Shown in pieces: positions 50,533-59,654 of a stretch of DNA of 64,000 nt. The DNA is taken from assembly GCA_038861545.1 (NCBI GenBank), contig JAWCCZ010000001.1, forward strand, positions 32,001 through 96,000, given 5' to 3'. Position 1 is the stretch's first letter. Each line of letters begins with the position of its first letter. The DNA is from Thermofilaceae archaeon (GTDB taxonomy: Archaea; Thermoproteota; Thermoprotei; Thermofilales; Thermofilaceae). The position numbers and the translations under genes were made by a program. The notes below the pieces were generated by a model that searched no databases, was not told where the DNA came from, and was given only the letters and a program-made list of their open reading frames with translations.

Positions 50533-51636
50533 ATGGGGATCTTAACTGCCTTAATCGTAAAAGACATCAAACAGTTGCTGCGCGATCCACGATCCCTAGT
50601 AATGGTACTTCTGATGCCTATCCTAGTAATGTTCATGTTTGCGGCTGGTTATGGAGAGGAACGAGGAGGCGTTGTACCCGTTGCCGTTGTAAACCTGGAT
50701 GGAGGGGTTGTTTCATGGCAGTTTATTGAAGCTCTTCGTGAAAGTGGTAACTTTCGATTTGTTGGTTTTTCACCCACTAAGGAGGGAGGTGTCGAAATGG
50801 TCAGGAGAGGCGAAGCCTATGCAACTATAATCATACCTCAAGGTTTCAGTAATAGTGTGATCGCAGGCAAGAGTACAAGGCTCGTCATCGTGCTCGACGC
50901 CTCTTACGCTACTGTTTCCGAGATTGTATGGCAAGCAGTGGCGATAGCCGTACAACAGTTCATGAAAGTTGCATCAGAAAAATACTCAACTTTTAACATC
51001 GATGTGATGCGCGAAACAGTATACGGTCCAAAGGTCAGCAACCTGGATACATTTACATCCGTAGTGATGGGAGTTTTGCTGCATTTAGTACCCATGAGTC
51101 TCATTGCGGTTTCCATTAGCAGAGAAAGGGAGCGTAGAACTTTCGAACAGCTTATCATGACTCCAATTACAAGTGCTCATATTGTCATCGGTAAGCTGCT
51201 TGCTTATTCGATAATGACTGTCCTAGATATGCTTATCACACTTAGCTTATCTGTCCTATTACTGGGAGTTAGCGTGCGCGGCCCTCTAATAGACCTCACA
51301 TTAGTTTCACTTTTATTACTGATATGTTCTCTAAGCCTTGGTCTACTTATCTCAGCCGTTTCAAGAAACCAGCTTCAAGCATATCAAGCTTCTATATTCT
51401 TTTTTATACCTTCGATGCTTTTCTCGGGTTTCTTCATGCCGGTCGAACTCCTATCTCCTTTTGCTCAAACGGTTGGAAAGTTTTTACCCATGTATTATTT
51501 TATTCGTGCATTCAAAAGCATCCAACTTAGAGGATGGACCCTCAGAGATGTATCGCAAGATTGCGCAATACTTGCAGGAGAGATGTTTCTCTTTTTAGTG
51601 GCAGCTATCCGAGTATTGAGGTTAAGGGTGGAATAG
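50533..51636 (+). CDS. ABC-2 type permease
   Basis: KD..QLLRD.R, extracellular domain, RERERRTFEQL..TP, SGFFMP.E motifs. Confidence 0.92.
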   Translation: MGILTALIVKDIKQLLRDPRSLVMVLLMPILVMFMFAAGYGEERGGVVPVAVVNLDGGVVSWQFIEALRESGNFRFVGFSPTKEGGVEMVRRGEAYATIIIPQGFSNSVIAGKSTRLVIVLDASYATVSEIVWQAVAIAVQQFMKVASEKYSTFNIDVMRETVYGPKVSNLDTFTSVVMGVLLHLVPMSLIAVSISRERERRTFEQLIMTPITSAHIVIGKLLAYSIMTVLDMLITLSLSVLLLGVSVRGPLIDLTLVSLLLLICSLSLGLLISAVSRNQLQAYQASIFFFIPSMLFSGFFMPVELLSPFAQTVGKFLPMYYFIRAFKSIQLRGWTLRDVSQDCAILAGEMFLFLVAAIRVLRLRVE

Positions 51637-51637
51637 T

Positions 51638-54157
51638 ATGCAACTAAGATGCCTTTTTACCTTTGGAGGATTAGTTACTTTACTGCTCTTAATAGCAATC
51701 TCCATAGCACAGCCCAGTTTCGAGCTGTACGACGCTTACTGGCTCTACCAACCAGTCGCCGGCTCGCATAATACTTTGCTTGTAAGGGTAAGATACCTTG
51801 GCGCAGGATCAACATTAACTGTCAACGCCAGGTTGATAATTCATGGTGTAGCTGGAGTTGACCTTCAAGCAGAGAGCAACTATACGGGTTACATCGCCTC
51901 AGGTGCTGTCGTGGACTTGGAGTTTAACTTTAACATACCTGAAGGTGCTAGAGCGTCCTACTATCCCGCTACACTCGTTCTTGAAGCTGACGGGAGCTCT
52001 AGCAGTGTAGATTTTCAAGTCGGTTTTTATGGAGAGCCTAGCTTTGAAGTATCTACCAGCTCAACCTCTCTAAGGAAAGGAGAAGTAAACGACGTAACTA
52101 TTTCCTTAACTGTTAAAGAGACACCGGCTCGAAGTGTAGAAGTAAGAGTAACGCCGGCGAGCGCTTTTATCACTGTTATCGGAGGTTCTCTGAGTAGAGG
52201 CGGTCTAATTGAGGTTGACGAACGACTTGATTTGCAGTTGAAAGCAATCGTCGATAACTCAGCTGGCGACTCCGTAGGCCTGACAGTAACCATAACCTGT
52301 TACGATTACGCTCAAAGGCCGCTTTCTCAAACCATATCACTCGGCTTTCGTGTTGTAAAGGGCCGAGGCTACCCGTATTTTGCCGGAGTTGCTATACCCT
52401 CGAAAATTTTTTCAGGTCGTCAGTCCACGGTAACCGTGAGGGTAAGTAACATAGGCTCAGCAAATGCCTTCGAGGTAAGAGCAACACTGAGTTCGTTGTC
52501 GCCTGGAGTAGCTATAGTATCGGGATCCACTGCCTCGCTTGGGGATATTCCTCCAGGCATCTCTCGATCCTTTACAGCGATTATGCGTGTAGATAGAACA
52601 GTTACTGGGACGGCATCTATCCAGCTAGTTATAAGTTACACCGATGAGACAGGAAGCAGAGGGGCACAAACCTTGGATTTAGGGCTTGAAGTCGCACGTG
52701 GAGGAAGCCCTCTTTTAGCGGTGTATATCCTAAATGAAAGCCTTCCAATAGGTCTTCAATCCAATCTTGCCTTCAAGATCGTAAATATCGGCGACGTTGC
52801 GGCTGTAGATCCAATGTTGGATTTGGTCTCCAGCACGGAAGTCTATGTACTTAAGTCATCTAAAGTTAAGTTGAGCCGTATTGAACCAGGTAAGACGGTA
52901 AATGCTACCTTTACTGTTCGATTGCTCACACTCAGGGATGCAGTTACACTTACGCTTAGGTTAAGGTATTATGATGACGCCGGCTATGAATATAACGATA
53001 TTATCCAAACTTCGATCAATATCTCTCAACGCAACCCACTTGTGACTATAGCTTCTCTTAACCAAACGTTGAGCCCTAACAGGGTAAGCCGAGTAACTCT
53101 ACAAGTAGAGAACATCGGATCTTCGGTAGCACGTAATGTCTCAATTACGTTAACTTCTCAAAGCCCTGAGTTAGGAGCAGTAATAGGTTCCTCATCAAAG
53201 TATTTAGGCGAGGTCAAAGTTGGAGAGCGTAAACTAGTTGCATATGAAATATTTGTTCAACCTCAAGTTTACGGTGCAGCTCAGTTTATAGCGGCCATTG
53301 AATACAGTGGGGATGATGGACAGACTCGTAGGAATGTGCTTACCTTAGGCTTTGAGATAAAGGGTGAATGGGAACTGAGCGTTGCCTCAGTAGTCACTAT
53401 ACCACAGGCGATATTCCCTGGGGATAAAATGGTGCGGCTTATGATTACTTTAGTTAACTCTGGTGATTACATGGCTAGGGATGTTAGGCTCCACCTGCTT
53501 GGGAGCGAATGGGTGAAACCGAGTTCAGCTACAGGGGCTGAGGCATTAATTCCGTACTTGCCTGTGGGTCAGCCAGTGACCCTAACTTTCCTGGCTGATG
53601 TGAACGAATGGGCCGAGCCCGGTAACCACGAGCTAGTACTCAACGCGTCAGGTCACTACTTGCGATTTACTCTAACTATACTTGAAAAAGCGAGATTCAT
53701 TGTAAGAAACGTATCAAGTGTGGAAGTCGAGCGAGGGGGTAAAGGATATAAGATTGTTTATGAGGTCGAGAACTCAGCTGAGACTAGTGCCGAGGACGTT
53801 CGAGTAGAGCTATTTTCCCCTCTACTTACCGGTTCCACTAGCACCTACCTTGGTACAGTATCCTCTCACGAAAAGAAGATTATAGTGTTTGAGGTTAACG
53901 TGGATCAGAACGCTCCAACTGGTCCCCTTGCTGCAGAGTTAAAGATTAGCTGGACCCAAGAGGCTAGAGGGTTATCACAGTACATAAAGACAATAATTTT
54001 TGTTAAAGAGCCTAAAGGCTTAAACCTAATATTAATAGTTCCGATAGCTGTCGCAGTAGTAGTAAGCGTACTGCTATTTCGCGAGCGCGAAATAGTTAAA
54101 TTTTACATCAATAAAATTATTAAAAAGAACCAGCAAGCTGATAAACCCTCTACTTAA
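51638..54157 (+). CDS. COG1361 S-layer-like protein with Ig/CARDB repeats
   Basis: Signal peptide, repeated N.G...A..V beta-sandwich units, C-terminal TM anchor with basic tail. Confidence 0.8.
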   Translation: MQLRCLFTFGGLVTLLLLIAISIAQPSFELYDAYWLYQPVAGSHNTLLVRVRYLGAGSTLTVNARLIIHGVAGVDLQAESNYTGYIASGAVVDLEFNFNIPEGARASYYPATLVLEADGSSSSVDFQVGFYGEPSFEVSTSSTSLRKGEVNDVTISLTVKETPARSVEVRVTPASAFITVIGGSLSRGGLIEVDERLDLQLKAIVDNSAGDSVGLTVTITCYDYAQRPLSQTISLGFRVVKGRGYPYFAGVAIPSKIFSGRQSTVTVRVSNIGSANAFEVRATLSSLSPGVAIVSGSTASLGDIPPGISRSFTAIMRVDRTVTGTASIQLVISYTDETGSRGAQTLDLGLEVARGGSPLLAVYILNESLPIGLQSNLAFKIVNIGDVAAVDPMLDLVSSTEVYVLKSSKVKLSRIEPGKTVNATFTVRLLTLRDAVTLTLRLRYYDDAGYEYNDIIQTSINISQRNPLVTIASLNQTLSPNRVSRVTLQVENIGSSVARNVSITLTSQSPELGAVIGSSSKYLGEVKVGERKLVAYEIFVQPQVYGAAQFIAAIEYSGDDGQTRRNVLTLGFEIKGEWELSVASVVTIPQAIFPGDKMVRLMITLVNSGDYMARDVRLHLLGSEWVKPSSATGAEALIPYLPVGQPVTLTFLADVNEWAEPGNHELVLNASGHYLRFTLTILEKARFIVRNVSSVEVERGGKGYKIVYEVENSAETSAEDVRVELFSPLLTGSTSTYLGTVSSHEKKIIVFEVNVDQNAPTGPLAAELKISWTQEARGLSQYIKTIIFVKEPKGLNLILIVPIAVAVVVSVLLFREREIVKFYINKIIKKNQQADKPST

Positions 54158-54167
54158 GCTTGTAACT

Positions 54168-54947
54168 GTGAGCGTTCCCATAACTCATAAGCACACATTA
54201 TATTTAATCATTATTGGTCCGGCAGGTAGCGGTAAAAGCACGCTAGTAAGTGTTTTCGGTGAGTGGCTTACAAGGAATCAAGGGATTAGTGTAAGTTATG
54301 TGAATCTTGATCCAGGAGCTGAATATGTTCCATACAAACCGGATATTGATGTACGTTATTTTGTGAGAGTGGAGGATTTGATGAGAAAACGAGGACTTGG
54401 ACCAAATGGAGCTCTCATAGCCAGCATGGAAGATTTACTCTTAAGGAGGATCGAAGTATTCAAAAGAATAGATAAATTAGACTCAGATTTCGTACTCATA
54501 GATACGCCCGGTCAAATGGAACTTTTTCTTCTTCATGAGGTAGGTCCAAGTTTCTCGCAAGAGTTTGCAAAACGAGGTGCTACGTGTACGTTAATGTTGT
54601 TTGATGCCGCTCTTGCTAACAAACCATCTCACGTGGTTATACTGAAAACTATAGGGTTAGCGGCTCAGCTTCGGTTGGGTTTGCCGACCATAATAGCACT
54701 TAATAAAAGTGATCTAAGCTCAGCTTCGCGTGCAAGCGTATGGCTTAAGGAGCCGGAGTATCTTCAGGAGGATCTCCTTGATGAGCCAGGAGTGTTTTCT
54801 GACCTTGCCAGTCACTTAGCTTCTTTACTTGAAAAGTTTAGCTTTGCAAAGAGAATTCCTGCAGTGTCGGCTACTAAGGGTGAGGGACTCGAGATGATTT
54901 ACGATTTAGTCCATGAGATTTGGTGCGCTTGCGGAGACTTAACTTAA
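54168..54947 (+). CDS. GPN-loop GTPase
   Basis: GPAGSGKST, VNLDPG, GLGPNGA, DTPGQME and NKSD motifs. Confidence 0.93.
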   Translation: MSVPITHKHTLYLIIIGPAGSGKSTLVSVFGEWLTRNQGISVSYVNLDPGAEYVPYKPDIDVRYFVRVEDLMRKRGLGPNGALIASMEDLLLRRIEVFKRIDKLDSDFVLIDTPGQMELFLLHEVGPSFSQEFAKRGATCTLMLFDAALANKPSHVVILKTIGLAAQLRLGLPTIIALNKSDLSSASRASVWLKEPEYLQEDLLDEPGVFSDLASHLASLLEKFSFAKRIPAVSATKGEGLEMIYDLVHEIWCACGDLT

Positions 54948-55057
54948 CTTGGTAATTCCCAATTTTGATTTTAGTTACTTTAATTCTTCCTTTTTTAAAA
55001 TTAAATGGTTATATAGGCAAACCTTTTAAAGAGAGGATTTCCGCGTAGAGGGGTTAT

Positions 55058-57268
55058 ATGTCATCTCAAAACGATAACGCTATTACACTATACCCCGTCC
55101 TTGAGGAGCTGCCGTCACTTGTCAAGGAGTTGCTTGAAAACGGCGAGGAGGTAATAGCAATAGCTCGAACAGATCTAATGGGCAGTGATTACGGTGAGGA
55201 ATTGATCGTACTGACTAACAGAAGGGTAATGGCGGTAGCTGAGGGTCGCAAGCCGCGTGCAATACCCTTAGCCAAAGTCACAGCTGCTGCTATAAGGGGT
55301 TACATTAATAGTTGCGTCCTGGTTATTGATACAGACGAAGGGTCTAGTAGCTTCGCCGTCTTCACGAGAGCGCGGCTTGAAGCCTTTGAGAAATTCGTTA
55401 CACTGACTAATAACATGGTTATTGGAGGGGGACAGTATCAATTAATGAGGCAAGTCTTAGATAGAATAAAAAGAGTGAGCGTCAATAGAAGCGGAAGAAC
55501 TGTTCTAGTAAGGTTGCTCGGTTTATTAAGGCCAGTTATGTTACTTCTCATTTCATCTATACTAGTCGCAGTTGTCATACGTTTACTGAACATGGTTCCC
55601 CCCTATCTTATGAAATCCCTTATTGACGAAGTGCTTTTAAATAAACAGTCTAGCCAGTTATTCTACATCATAATAGGTTTGCTAGCCGTCAACTTGATAA
55701 ACACAGGTTTAGGAACAGTTAATGCATATCTCAATACAAAATTTAACGTTGTTATAGCTAATACATTGAGATCTAAGATCTATTCTAAGTTACACGAACT
55801 CTCGCTCTCGCACTACGATCAATTCGGTAGCGGTGGACTCTGGTCGAGAATCATGGATGATGTAGGTCGCGTACAATGGGCGATGCAAGCATCCTTCCGT
55901 GATCTTTTTATTAACGCTGCAACGGTAGCGTTCATTGGCTTTACCCTAGTTACTTTAAACATTCAATTGACTTTAATTGTATTACTGCCAATTCCTGTGT
56001 CAGTGACTGCTACCACAATTTATCGCAGGTTATCTAGCAGATATTATCAACGCATGTGGCGAAGGTGGTCTAGAATAGTCTCTGTTATCTCAGATACGAT
56101 AAATGCCGTGATACTTGTAAGAAGCTACGGCAAGGAGAGCTCCTTTAAGGATTCATTCGAAAGGTACCAGGAAGAGTTCGAGAAAGCTCAGATGGATGTT
56201 TTCAAATTTGAGCAGCAGATATGGCCTGCCTCCGGGCTCGCCTTTACAGCTAGTAGTCTCCTTGTCTGGTGGATAGGAGGTAACCAAGTGCTTCAGGGAG
56301 TTATCAGCTTAGGTACGCTGACGGCGTTCACCAGCTATATGTGGATGTTCTATAGCCCAGTTTTCGGCCTCATAGATAACATAAAGAATCTTCAGATTCT
56401 CAGCATGTCAGCTAGCAGGATCTTTGACATATTAGATCTCGAGCCAGATATAATAGTTGCCCCGGAAGCCAAGGACGTTGAAATAAGAGGAGATGTAGCG
56501 TTCAACAACGTCTGGTTTACGTACGATGGTATTCATTATGCGCTCAGAGGGGTGGATGTCAAGATCAAGCCAGGTGAAAGAGTAGGCTTGGTGGGACCAA
56601 GCGGATCCGGTAAAACAACCCTAGCTAAGCTTCTACTGAGGCTTTATGAGCCACAGCTTGGCTCTATTACGTATGATGGCGTTGACGCTAAAGAAGTTAC
56701 ATTAGATTCGTTAAAGAGGCAAGTAGCTGTTGTTTTACAGAACCCGGTTCTCTTAGATACGACTATAACTGAAAACATATCTTTAGGCAAGAACAGAGTT
56801 GAACCAGAGGAGATAATTTACGCGGCAAAGCTTGCTCGAGCGCACGACTTTATCATGCGTTTTCCTGAAGCCTATGATTTTGAGGTAGGAATGCAAGGGT
56901 CAAGGCTTTCGGGAGGCGAGAGGGCTAGGGTTGCGTTAGCAGCTGCATTGCTAAAGAATCCTAAAGTACTGATACTGGATGAACCAACCGCAGCGCTTGA
57001 TGCATTAACAGAGGATGAAGTTACTGAGGAGCTTGAGAGGCTTACTAGAGGGAAAACCACGATTATCATAGCACACAGGCTGTCTACCTTAAGATTTGTG
57101 GATAGAATTATTGTAATGGATAAAGGAATAATAGTTGAAGAAGGTTCGCATGAAGAGTTGCTTAGGCATGACGGGCTATATAAAAAGTTATGGGAAGCCC
57201 AACTTAAAGGTTTAACTAGGATGAGTCAAGCTGAGGTGAATGAGCTCTATGCTGCACAAAGAGCTTAA
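55058..57268 (+). CDS. ABC exporter-fold half transporter with N-terminal PH-like domain
   Basis: About 140-aa N-terminal domain (TDL...YGE..IVLTNRRV), six-TM domain, GPSGSGKT, LSGGE, ILDEPTAALD, IAHRLST. Confidence 0.88.
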   Translation: MSSQNDNAITLYPVLEELPSLVKELLENGEEVIAIARTDLMGSDYGEELIVLTNRRVMAVAEGRKPRAIPLAKVTAAAIRGYINSCVLVIDTDEGSSSFAVFTRARLEAFEKFVTLTNNMVIGGGQYQLMRQVLDRIKRVSVNRSGRTVLVRLLGLLRPVMLLLISSILVAVVIRLLNMVPPYLMKSLIDEVLLNKQSSQLFYIIIGLLAVNLINTGLGTVNAYLNTKFNVVIANTLRSKIYSKLHELSLSHYDQFGSGGLWSRIMDDVGRVQWAMQASFRDLFINAATVAFIGFTLVTLNIQLTLIVLLPIPVSVTATTIYRRLSSRYYQRMWRRWSRIVSVISDTINAVILVRSYGKESSFKDSFERYQEEFEKAQMDVFKFEQQIWPASGLAFTASSLLVWWIGGNQVLQGVISLGTLTAFTSYMWMFYSPVFGLIDNIKNLQILSMSASRIFDILDLEPDIIVAPEAKDVEIRGDVAFNNVWFTYDGIHYALRGVDVKIKPGERVGLVGPSGSGKTTLAKLLLRLYEPQLGSITYDGVDAKEVTLDSLKRQVAVVLQNPVLLDTTITENISLGKNRVEPEEIIYAAKLARAHDFIMRFPEAYDFEVGMQGSRLSGGERARVALAAALLKNPKVLILDEPTAALDALTEDEVTEELERLTRGKTTIIIAHRLSTLRFVDRIIVMDKGIIVEEGSHEELLRHDGLYKKLWEAQLKGLTRMSQAEVNELYAAQRA

Positions 57269-57731
57269 AGTCCTAGATCCTAAGAATATGCGCGTCATTG
57301 CAGCATACTTAGATGAAGTTAATATAGAGATCAACGGCCAGCTGATACAGGGAGTGAGACCACGTAAACCTTTTCCATATTCACACCCTGAGATCGTAAT
57401 TTTCTATAAAGGTAACGAAGAGATCGGTATTTTGAGAGACTACAGGATGCTAGACGACGAGTCAAAAAGCACGCTGGAGAAGGCTTTAAAGGTAGTGTAC
57501 TTCATGCCAGAGATCAAAAAAGTTCTAAATATACGCTGGGCTCAAGGGAGGTACGAGTGGTGTGTTGTCACCGATAAAGGTGAGGAAAAGTTCGAGACAT
57601 GGAGCAGATGCGTTCGAGTCCTTTTGGATGGCAGGCTAGTCGTAAAGGATATCTATAGCCGAGCATATATTGTCGAGCATCCAGAGAAGCTCGATGCCAA
57701 AAGTAAGGCGCTATTGACGATGATGATCTAA
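57240..57731 (+). CDS. DUF1854 family protein
   Basis: V.P...FP.S.P...I.......EIG.L.D...LD..S...LE..L...YF.PEI, W.V.TD.G...F, D.....Y.......LD..S motifs; overlaps the ABC gene. Confidence 0.82.
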   Translation: MSSMLHKELKVLDPKNMRVIAAYLDEVNIEINGQLIQGVRPRKPFPYSHPEIVIFYKGNEEIGILRDYRMLDDESKSTLEKALKVVYFMPEIKKVLNIRWAQGRYEWCVVTDKGEEKFETWSRCVRVLLDGRLVVKDIYSRAYIVEHPEKLDAKSKALLTMMI

Positions 57732-57746
57732 TGCTCAAGAGAAATT

Positions 57747-58256
57747 TTACATACTTGATATGATTTTCCAAATTTTGTCTCCTGCATAATGTAAGTTGCG
57801 GATAACTCTGCCTTTCTTCATATTTTCCAGTTCCTCGCTGCTCACGAGTGCCTGACCAACAGCGAAAACTCTCTGCTGGTTTACGTCAGCGATGTAAACT
57901 AAGTCATTCTTGCCGAATGCATCATGATCAACTATTCCTGGCGCCATTACATCAGCACCATTTAATATATGTGGAACCGCACCCATATCCACCACGACCA
58001 TAGGCAGCTTAAGAGACAGCTTAATAGCGGCCATTAAAGTGGGGTAAGTAATTTTCTCTGACAGTACAATTGCGGGTACCTTATCGATTATAACCAGCTC
58101 CAAACCTATGTCTCTTAACCGAGCTATTTCAACCGTTGTTGCAGCTTGAAGAAGTTCTGCGCCTGCAGAGAACTGAGATCTGAGAAGCTCAACCAGTCTC
58201 TTTCTTTCACTTTTACTTAACTGGTGGTGCGTGCTAAAGAAGCTATAGTTACTCAT
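57747..58256 (-). CDS. PUA-domain RNA-binding protein (DUF1947, MCT-1/Tma20-like)
   Basis: VVVDMGAVPHILNGADVMAPGI and KG....NLHYAGDKIW motifs. Confidence 0.9.
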   Translation of the reverse strand: MSNYSFFSTHHQLSKSERKRLVELLRSQFSAGAELLQAATTVEIARLRDIGLELVIIDKVPAIVLSEKITYPTLMAAIKLSLKLPMVVVDMGAVPHILNGADVMAPGIVDHDAFGKNDLVYIADVNQQRVFAVGQALVSSEELENMKKGRVIRNLHYAGDKIWKIISSM

Positions 58257-58786
58257 ACTCCCATCACTTTATCGACTTTGTAGTACGATATATTTCCCTC
58301 TTTGTCAACAATCGCAGTTATTAGTTCCCTCCTAGCCTCTAGCGCTCTCCTAATGAAAACTTCAACTTCTTTAAATCCTACTCTCTTCCCCTCTTCCAAG
58401 CAGATTATGAGATAACGCTTTTCACCTTCTTTAGTTTTCTTATCCATAACTATAACTGGCTGCGAACCACTTATGACCTTCGCCTGCAAACCTCTGTTTC
58501 TCAGATCCGAGTACACGAGTAGTTTCATCCAAAAGTCAGGGTCGATTTTAGCCCCGATCGTAACTATTCCTTCAAATGAGATTTTTTCTCCGCTATTATC
58601 AATGATAATCAAATCCCCTCTATCGAGCAAATAAGCAGCCTCACACAAGTTAAGAAGTAAGTTTTCCCCGTCTCTTTCTCCATAACCCTTTCCAGCAAGC
58701 TCTGCGTTATACGGAACCTCTACGTATCTCTCTTTTAAAACCCCTTTAATAGCTTCACGCATCCTCGTTTCCTCTTCTCTTGCCAT
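58253..58786 (-). CDS. endA: tRNA-splicing endonuclease, non-catalytic (beta) subunit
   Basis: GYG....L.L...EAAYL, VYSDLR.RG and AIVD..G.ISYY motifs present; catalytic G.KFG.DF..Y...H segment missing. Confidence 0.8.
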   Translation of the reverse strand: MAREEETRMREAIKGVLKERYVEVPYNAELAGKGYGERDGENLLLNLCEAAYLLDRGDLIIIDNSGEKISFEGIVTIGAKIDPDFWMKLLVYSDLRNRGLQAKVISGSQPVIVMDKKTKEGEKRYLIICLEEGKRVGFKEVEVFIRRALEARRELITAIVDKEGNISYYKVDKVMGV

Positions 58787-58869
58787 ATCTCCCCAGTGGA
58801 AACTGAGCTTTTTAGTTCGCCGGTCCTAGTCAGCATTAAAATAAATATAACAGGGAGTGTGAATTAATT

Positions 58870-59196
58870 GTGGAAACAGTACCGTTTGAAGAATTTCAGA
58901 AATTGGATCTCCGGATCGGTAAAGTTATCAATGCCGAGCGTCTTCAGAGGACTAAGAAACTCCTCCTACTAAAAGTGGATATTGGTAGGGAAACTATAAA
59001 CCTGGTAGCTGGGCTAGCTGAGCATTATAAGCCAGAGGAACTAATCGGAAAACATATAGTGGTAGTGGCTAATCTTGAGCCAAAGTTTATCGCAGGCTTT
59101 AGGTCAGAAGGCATGTTGCTTGCGGCAGTATTGGATAATAGGCCGGTGCTAATAGTACCTGAGCGTGAAGTACCGCCCGGCACGAAAATATCTTAG
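58870..59196 (+). CDS. tRNA-binding protein (Trbp111 / MetRS C-terminal domain)
   Basis: F.KLDLRIGKV, KLL.L.VDIG, VVANLEP....G..SEGMLLA motifs. Confidence 0.9.
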   Translation: METVPFEEFQKLDLRIGKVINAERLQRTKKLLLLKVDIGRETINLVAGLAEHYKPEELIGKHIVVVANLEPKFIAGFRSEGMLLAAVLDNRPVLIVPEREVPPGTKIS

Positions 59197-59300
59197 GCTA
59201 CTGTAGTCTCGGTTTTTATCCCAGGTTTTTTGGTTTTAGTTTTATTTATATTTAAGAAAAAATAGTAATTATTTATGTTTTACACTTATGCATGTAAACA

Positions 59301-59534
59301 CTACTCTTCTAGGGATATAGCACCAGTAGGGCAACCCTCGGCAGCTTCTTTAGCTTCACCTACTAGATTATCCGGGATTTCTCCGGTAGATTCATCTTCC
59401 GAGTCAGTTTTCCGGTAAGGTTCCTTTACCCTGCTCTTATAATTCTCTGGGTCTTCTTCGAATACGGAAGTGGCTAGTGCCCAACAAGCGCCACATCCAA
59501 TGCATAATGTTTTATCTACTCTAACTTTAACCAT
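59301..59534 (-). CDS. Monocluster ferredoxin
   Basis: CIGCGAC...CPTGAI motif. Confidence 0.9.
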   Translation of the reverse strand: MVKVRVDKTLCIGCGACWALATSVFEEDPENYKSRVKEPYRKTDSEDESTGEIPDNLVGEAKEAAEGCPTGAISLEE

Positions 59535-59654
59535 CTTCCCGCCTCCGGCCTCCTTGATTAGTGAAATAAAAAAGTATTTTTCCCGAAATCCTTATCGTAG
59601 AGCTTATCAGTAGGTTGAATAGCGACAGCTACAAATAGCATATAATTTGCAAGG

